Of a stretch of 64,000 bases of DNA, positions 56,627 through 64,000 are shown piece after piece. The position numbers and the translations under genes were made by a program. How positions within the stretch are numbered: the first letter of the stretch is position 1; every line of letters starts with the position of its first letter. The stretch is from the human T2T-CHM13v2.0 reference genome, Homo sapiens, in NCBI RefSeq assembly GCF_009914755.1, contig NC_060933.1. One strand, written 5' to 3'. Below the pieces are notes generated by a model that was given only the letters and a program-made list of their open reading frames with translations, ran no database searches and was not told the DNA's origin.

Positions 56627-57420
56627 TAAAAAGATATTGTCTAAAGAAATGTAGACAAGCATGACATTTGTCACTACAATGCTTATTCTTCACAATTTAG
56701 ATATTGATTAGGTAAGGGTTATGAGAGCAGGAATGAAATAGAGACAAATTAAAATAATATGAATGTAAACTTAAGGTTGACTGTAGATTTCCAAACCAAA
56801 GAAACTGTTATTTATTATAATAAAAAAGGAAGAAAAGGAGCAAATTGTGAGTGAAGTGAATTTACAATAGACGAAAACACTGAGCCAAGGGAATGTCTCC
56901 CAGACTCAAAATCATGAAATAAAATGAGCCAGTGAATGTAACAGTGAAAACTTCAAAAATTTGAAGCAGAACTGTAAACCTGCTATGTCACAGAAGACAA
57001 AGGCTTCCATGAGTATTGGCTATAGCAAATAAGCAATTACTTATGAACATAAAGAATAACTGACTTGGGAAAGTAATGACTATTATTTCCTAGTTCCTGA
57101 ATATTTCTGACAAGAAAAGCAATAATTTGGATCAACCGTTATATTTTGATAAATACTTTACTTTCTAATTCTACATATTTCTGCATTTCAATTTAGGTGG
57201 GATGGCTATAGTAATTTTTAAATTACCTATTATTTCCTTTGTATCTAGTTGAATTGTTTTTGAAGTCAAAGTCAAACCTCTTTTGACTTTATGTATGCCA
57301 TCTAGTTCTTACTGAGGAGCATCAGCATGCTGCTGAAACCTCTATTTAAATTACCTATTTTTAAAGTTTTTCTAAAATCCTTTCAGAATATTATTTCTTT
57401 TACTAGAAGTAAAAGAAATA

Positions 57421-57483
57421 TGTAGAAGTGTAGAAGTGTTACTACATCACACTTATGTAGAAGTGTTACTACATCACACTTCT
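57421..57483. repeat. 27-bp tandem duplication plus 8-bp partial copy
   Basis: tgtagaagtgttactacatcacactt(a) at 57429-57455 and 57456-57481. Confidence 0.95.
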
Positions 57484-57942
57484 CAAAAAATTATATACCA
57501 AGAAATACAGCTGGGCACATGCACAAAGCAATGCAGTAGTATCAAGGAAGGAAATTGAGGAAGAAATACATATATCTAAAACAATCCTTCATTAAACCAA
57601 GATAATTAAAAGATAGACTAAATTTAATGAAATTTTAAAATCACATATTACTAGATGATGACTGGAAAAGAAAACCTTTTGAAAAATAAAGACTCATAAT
57701 TTTGAACTACTTTATATTGAATTAGAAGTTCGGTTAACAATAACCAACCAAGTAAATTTTAGTAATTGAAATGAAGTACCAGAAGGAATAAGTCAAGAAG
57801 GAAAGCAGAGAAAATTTAGGATAATTAAAGAAAATTATGATTCAAAGTTAAATAAAATTTAGGCATTGAGTCTATGTAAATGGAATAGAATTAAATAGTA
57901 AAGAGAACAGAATGTAAGCAATAACAGGTAAAACAGGCACAA

Positions 57943-58237
57943 GGCAGGTCGCGATGGCTCACGCCTGTAATCCCAGCACTTTGGGAGGCCAAGGCGGGCA
58001 TATCACGAGGTTGGGAGTTCGAGACCAGCCTGGCCAACATGGTGAAACCCCATCTCAACTAAAAATACAAAAATTAGTCGGGCACGGTGGCACGAGCCTG
58101 TAATCCCCACTACTGTGGAGGCTGAAGCAGGAGAATCACTTGAACTAGGGAGTGGAGTCTGAGGTTGCAGTGAGCCGAGATTGTGCCACTGCACCCCAGC
58201 CTGGATACAGAGTGAGATTTCATCTAAAAAAAAAAAA
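57943..58237 (+). mobile_element. AluS (Sg/Sp-like)
   Basis: Full dimer with A tail. Confidence 0.94.
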
Positions 58238-59094
58238 GTAGCTTAATGTTATATTTTAATATCAAATGGAAGATACAGAAAAGAAGGATTTTTTTAAAGA
58301 AAAAATAATTTTATGAGACCTCTTTATAGCCCACTTACAGAGTAAATATGTCAAAGAAATGTTTGCCATTTGGTTGTTTTTATGTTTTGGTCCCATTGTT
58401 CAACACGAAAAAGGAAAATAACATTTGCACAAAACAATTGTACAAGTCATTTTACATGAAAATTCAAATTATAGTTACCAATTGGCTTTTGCTTACAGAA
58501 AAAGAAGTTTAGAGTAGTATAAAGTTTTGATAATATGGGAATATAACTGTAAGTAAATGTGTTGGTTAAGCTCTATAGAAGTGGTTCATCCTTTGAGAAT
58601 GTCAATAAATGCTCCAGGAAGAACTTTTTTATTTAGGAAGATAAAATATAAATAAACTAAAACACTAAAATATGAACTAAAAACAAAAGTGTGAAACAAC
58701 TGAAAAGTTGAAAGGAGTATATTAGTAAGTGGAGAGGGAGGCAATTTGATGGGGATATTTGAAAAAGTTGGAGGATACATGGATTGAGAGAAAGAAAATC
58801 CAGGATGGAGGAAAACTTTAAAAACACTTGAAAACCACATAGAAAACACGCAAGAAAAATACGAAAGAAAATATAAAACCACAACTGAGAACTATAACTG
58901 AAATTATAATCATTTTTCACAATATAATAATATATGTTTTTACCAACCCTTGGAATAAAGTTTAAAATTTGAATTTATTTATATAGAGAATAATACACAA
59001 CCTTACAACAAAATATATAATTTAAAAATCCTACCTATTTGATTTGAAAGACTTGTAGAAATTAACAAAATTATTACATAGGTTTGATTTCTCA

Positions 59095-59478
59095 TATTTT
59101 TTACTTAACATTAAACTCAATTATTTTCTAACAGTTTTGTACATCAAAAGTCCAGGCAGACTCCACCAGTTTTTTTACTTAGGAACTCACAGGGTGATAC
59201 TGAAGATATGGCTAACTTTAAGTTTTTATCTGGAAACTAGGGGAAAAGTCACCTCTAAGCTCATTCAGGTTGTTGGAAGAATTCAGTTTCTTGTGATTGT
59301 AGCACTGAGGCTCACATTTCCTCTGGATGTCCACTTGGGATTGCACAAGCTGCTAGAAGACACCCTTTGGTTCTTGCATGTGGCCCCTTTCTGTCTTCAA
59401 AGGCAGCAACAATACACTGAACCCTTCTTGTGATTCAAATCACTTTGACTTCTCGGGCTGCAAGCCAGGTAAGACTCC
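59095..59478 (-). mobile_element. MLT1E/F-like LTR fragment
   Basis: aagctcattcaggttgttggaagaattcagtttcttgtg...catgtggcccct...tcttcaaaggcagcaa. Confidence 0.7.
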
Positions 59479-59479
59479 T

Positions 59480-62400
59480 TTTTTCCTTCTTTTAACTTTT
59501 ATTTCAGGTTCAGTGGTACATGTGCAGATTTGTTATATAGGTAAACTCGTGTCACGAGGCTGTGGTATATAGAACATTTCATCATCCAGGTACTAAGCAT
59601 AGTACCCAGTATGTATTCTTTCTAAATCCTCTCTCTCCTTCTGCCTTCCACCTTCTAGTAGGCCCCATTGTTGGTTGTTTCTGTCCACGTGTTCTCCTTA
59701 TTTAGCTCCCACTTATAAGTGAGAACATGCAGTCTTTGGTTTTCTGTTCCCGCATTAGTTTGCTAAGAATAATGGTCTCCAGTTCCATCCATCTTGCTGC
59801 AAAGGACATGATTCCATTCTTTTTATGGCTTCATATATTCCGTGGTGTATATGTACCACATTTTCCTTATCCAATATACTGTTGATGGGCCTTTAGGTTG
59901 ATCCATGTATTTGTTATTTTGAATAGTGCTGCAATGGACATATGTGTGCATGTATCTTTATGGTAGAACAATTTGTTTTCTTTTGAATATATATCCAGTA
60001 ATGGTGTTGGGTCAAATGGTAATTGTGTTTTTAGTTCTCTGAGGAATCACTACACTGCGTTCCACAATAGCTGAACTAATTTACACACCCACCAGCAGTG
60101 TGTAAGTGTTCCCTTTTCTCCACCACATTGCCAAAATCTGTTGCTTTCTGATTTTTTAATAATAGCCATTCTGACTGGTGTGAAATGGTATCTTGCTGTG
60201 GTTTTGATTTGCATTTATCTAATGAGTGGATGTTAAGGTTTTTACATATGCTCGTTGGCAGCATGTATGTCTTCTTTTGAAAAGTGTCTGTGCATGTCCT
60301 TTATCCACTTTTTAATTAGGTTGTTTTTATTTTTATTTTTTGGCTTGTTAATTGGTTTAAGTTCCTTATAGATTCTAGATACTAGACTTTTTTCAGAAGG
60401 CTACTTCGCAAAAATTTTCCCCCATTCTTTAGGTTGTCTGTTTACTCTGCTGACAATTTCTTTTGCAGTGCAGAAACTCTTTAGTTTCATTAGATCCCAT
60501 TTGTCAGTTTTTGCTTTTGTTGCGATTGCTTTTAGCACGTTCATCATGGAATCTTTGCCAGTTCCTATATCCAGAATGACATTTCCTAGGATATCTTCCA
60601 GAGTTTTTATAGTTTTGGGTTTCACATTTAAGTATTTAATTCATGATGAGTTGATTTTTATATATGGTATAAAGAAGGAGTCCAGTTTCAATCTTCTTGC
60701 ATATGACTAATCAGATATCCCATCACCACTTATTGAATGGGAACTTCTTTCTTTATTGCTTGTTTTTGTTGGTTTTGTTGAAAATTAGATGGCTGTAGAT
60801 GTGTGGCATTATTTCTGGGCTCTCTATTCTGTTCCATTGTTCTATGTGTCTGTTTTTGTACTAGTGTTATGCTACTTGGGTTACTGTGGCCCTGTAGAAG
60901 AGTTTGAAGTCATATAATGTGATGGCTTCAGTTTTGTTCTTTTTGCTTAAGATTGCCTTGGCTATCCAGGGTCTTTTTTGAGGGCTAGGTGAATTTTAAA
61001 AATAGTTTTTTTCTAGTTCTGTGAAGAATGTTGTTGGTAGTTCTATAGCAATAGCACTGAATCTGTAAATTGCTTTGGGCAGTGTGGTCATTTGAATGCC
61101 TAAATTTATTGAAGGTTATTTAACATGTAGCAGTGTTGAATGCATCTATTGTGATAATCATGTGGTTTTTGCTTTTTATGCATCTATTGAGATAATCATG
61201 TGGTTTTTGTCTTTAGTTTACATGATTAATCACATTTATTGATTTGCATATATTGAACCAACCTTTCGTCTTTGGGATAAGGTCTACTTGATCATGATGA
61301 ATTAGCTTTTTGATGTCCTGCTGCATTCTGTTCGCTAGTATTTTGTTGAGGATTGTTGCATCTATGTTCATCAAGGATATTGGCCTGAAGTTTTTTTTTA
61401 TTTTTTTATTTTATTTTTTATTTTGCTGTTTCTCTGCCAGGTTTTCGTATGAAGATGATGCTGGTCTCATAGAGGATGATGCTAGTCTCATAGAATGGGA
61501 TTGAGAGGAGTCCCTCTTCTTCAATTTTTTGGAATAGTTTCGGTAGGATTTGTACCAGCTATTCTTTGAATATCTACTAGAATTCAGCTGTGAATCCATC
61601 CAGCCCTTGGCATTTTTTTTTGGTAGGCTATTTATTACTGATTCAGTTTTGAAGCTCATTATTGGTCTGTTCAAGGATCAATTTCTTCCTGCTTCCATCT
61701 TGGGTGGATGTATGTGTCCAGGAATTTATCAATTTTTCCTACATTTTCTAGTTTGTGTACATAGAGGTGTTTAAAGTAGTTTATGGTAGTTATTTTTTTT
61801 TTTCTGTGGGATCAGTGGTAACATCTTCTTTGTCATTTCTGATAGTATTTATTTGGAGCTTCTCCTTTTCTTAAAAGTCTAGGTATCCATATATCTATTT
61901 ATTGATTTTTTCAAAGATCCAACTCTTGGATTTGTTCATCTTTTTATTTTTTTTTATGTCTCGAACGCCTTCATATCAGCTCTGATTTTTGTTATTTCTT
62001 TTCTTCTGCTAGTTTTGAGGTTTGTTTGCTTTTGCTCCTCTGGTACTTCTAGTTGTAATGCTGGGTTTTTAGTTTGATATCTATCATTTTGATGTGAGCA
62101 TTTAGGACTACAAATATCCCTCTGAATACCACTTTAGCTGTGTCCCAGAGATTCTTGCTTGTTTTATCTTTTTGTTATTTTCAAAGAATGTCTTGATTTC
62201 TTCCTTAATTTTATTGTTCACCCAAAAGTCACTTAGGAGCAGATTGTTTAATTTCCATGTAATTGTATGGTTTTGAGTGATTTTCTTTGTACTGAATTCT
62301 GTTTTTATTGCACTGGTTTTTTTTTGTTTTTTTTTATTATTATTATACTTTAAGTTTTAGGGTACATGTGCACAATGTGCAGGTTAGTTACATATGTATA

Positions 62401-63980
62401 CATGTGCCATGCTGGTGTGCTGCACCCATTAACTCGTCATTTAGCATTAGGTATATCTCCTAATGCTATCCCTGCCCCCTCCCCCTGCCCCACAACAGGC
62501 CCCAGTGCGTGATGTTCCCCTTCCTGTGTCCATGAGTTCTCATTGTTCTATGAGTGAGAACATGCGGTGTTTGGGTTTTTGTCCTTGCAATAGTTTACTG
62601 AGAATGACGATTTCCAATTTCATCCATGTCCCTACAAAGGACATGACCTCATTATTTTTTATGGCTGCATAGTATTCCATGGTGTATATGTGCCACATTT
62701 TTTATTGCACTGTTGTCTGAGAGTGTCGTTTGTATGATTTCGGTGTTTTTTTTTTAATTTGCTGAAGAATGGTTTATGTCTGATTGTGTGTTCCATTTTA
62801 CAGTATGTGTCATGTGGTAATGAGAAGAAAGTATATTTTGTCATTTTTGGATAGAGCGTTCTGTAGAAGTCTATTAGGTCCATTTGATCAAGTATTGAGT
62901 TCAAGTTCTGAATATCTTCATTAATTTTCTTCCTTAATGATCTGTCTAATACTGTTAGTAGGGTGTTGAAGTCTTCCACTATTATTCTGTAGAAATCTAA
63001 GTCTCTTTGTAGGTCTCTAAGAACTTGTTTTACAAATCTATGTGCTCCTGTGTTGGGTGCATGTATATTTTGGATAATTAGGTCTTTTTGTTTAATTCAA
63101 CTTTTTACCATTATGTAATGACCTTCCTTGTGTTTGTTGAGTTTTGTTGGTTCAAAGTCTGTTTTGTCTGAAATTAGGATTGCCACCTCTGCTTTTTTAT
63201 GTTCTCCTTTCGCATGGTAGATTTTTTTTCCATCCATTCATTTTGAGCCTATGGTTGTCATTGCATGTAGGATGGGGCTCTTAAATTCAGTATACCATTG
63301 GGTCTTTTTCTTTATCCAGCTTGCCACTCTGCCTTTTCTTTGAGGCATTTAGGCCATTTACATTCAAAGTTATTATTGATATATGTGGATTTGATCCTCT
63401 CATCCTGTTCTTAGCTGATTATTATGCAGACTGGTTTGTGTGGTTGCTTTATAGTGTCACTGGTCTGTGTACTTAAAGGTGTTTTTGTAGTGGCTGATAA
63501 CAGTCTTTCCTTTCCATATTTACTACTCCTTTCAGGAACTCTTGTAAGGCAGTCTGGTGGTAATGAATTCCCTCTGAATGTGTTTGTTTGAAAAGATCTT
63601 ATTTCTCCTTCACTTATGAAGCTTAGTTTGGCTCCATCTGAAATTCTTGGATGAAGATTTTTTTCTTTAATAATGTTGAATATAGACCCCCAATCTCTTC
63701 TGGCTTGTAGGATTTCTGCTGAAATTTCTGCTTTTAGCCTGATGGGGTGCCCCTTGTAGGTGATCTGCCTTTTTTCGTTAGCTTACTTTATCACTTTTTC
63801 ATTCATTTTGGCCTTGGAGAATCTGATGATTATGTGTCTTGGGGATGGACTTCTTTTTTATCATCCTGTAAAGGTTCTCTATATTCTTTGAATTTGAATG
63901 TTGGCCTTTCTAGAGAGGTTGACGAAGTTTTCATAGATGATATCCTGAAATATGTTTTCTAAGTTGGTTGCTTTCTCCCC
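59480..63980 (-). mobile_element. L1PA15/16-like element: 3' UTR, ORF2 with internal deletion (ORF2 ATG at ~63403) and ORF1 3' part; pseudogenic
   Basis: L1 3' end plus ORF2p peptides ([17 protein letters not shown]); atgagaggatcaaatcca start context on the minus strand. Confidence 0.92.
62316..62698 (-). mobile_element. 5'-truncated L1PA3/4-like 3' end nested in the older L1
   Basis: Young L1 3' terminus with poly(T); TSD tttttattgcactg at 62302-62315 and 62699-62712. Confidence 0.94.
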
Positions 63981-64000
63981 ATGAGTACAGCACACCACAG

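Noticed and set aside
57421-57483. Palindromic direct repeats superficially like a CRISPR array
   Set aside because: Only two adjacent copies, no spacers, no cas genes, and primate context.

Overview
This is AT-rich, CpG-poor primate genomic DNA, human or ape-like given AluY and L1PA3-type elements. It reads as intronic or intergenic. I find no supportable protein-coding gene, rRNA, tRNA or CRISPR array. Most listed ORFs are reading frames of L1, Alu or THE1, or chance AT-rich ORFs. The window holds about 16 Alus, several L1PA/L1PB/L1M pieces, a two-LTR THE1 provirus, MLT LTRs, MER DNA transposons and MIR/L2 relics. The best observations concern retrotransposition and repair: (i) an L1PA3-like insert with a 29-nt 3' transduction between two poly(A) tails; (ii) a 5'-inverted, twin-primed Alu; (iii) a twin-primed L1 with a nested L1; (iv) a tailless U2 snRNA retropseudogene with a perfect 14-bp TSD; (v) a rare SVA2 fragment; (vi) a ~232-bp, ~97% identical non-tandem local duplication 3 kb apart. 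There is also a repeat-free, motif-dense block at ~8.2-9.3 kb containing a good 63-nt candidate exon on the + strand. I do not see a convincing new biological system. Subfamily names come from recalled consensus sequences and need RepeatMasker/Dfam confirmation.
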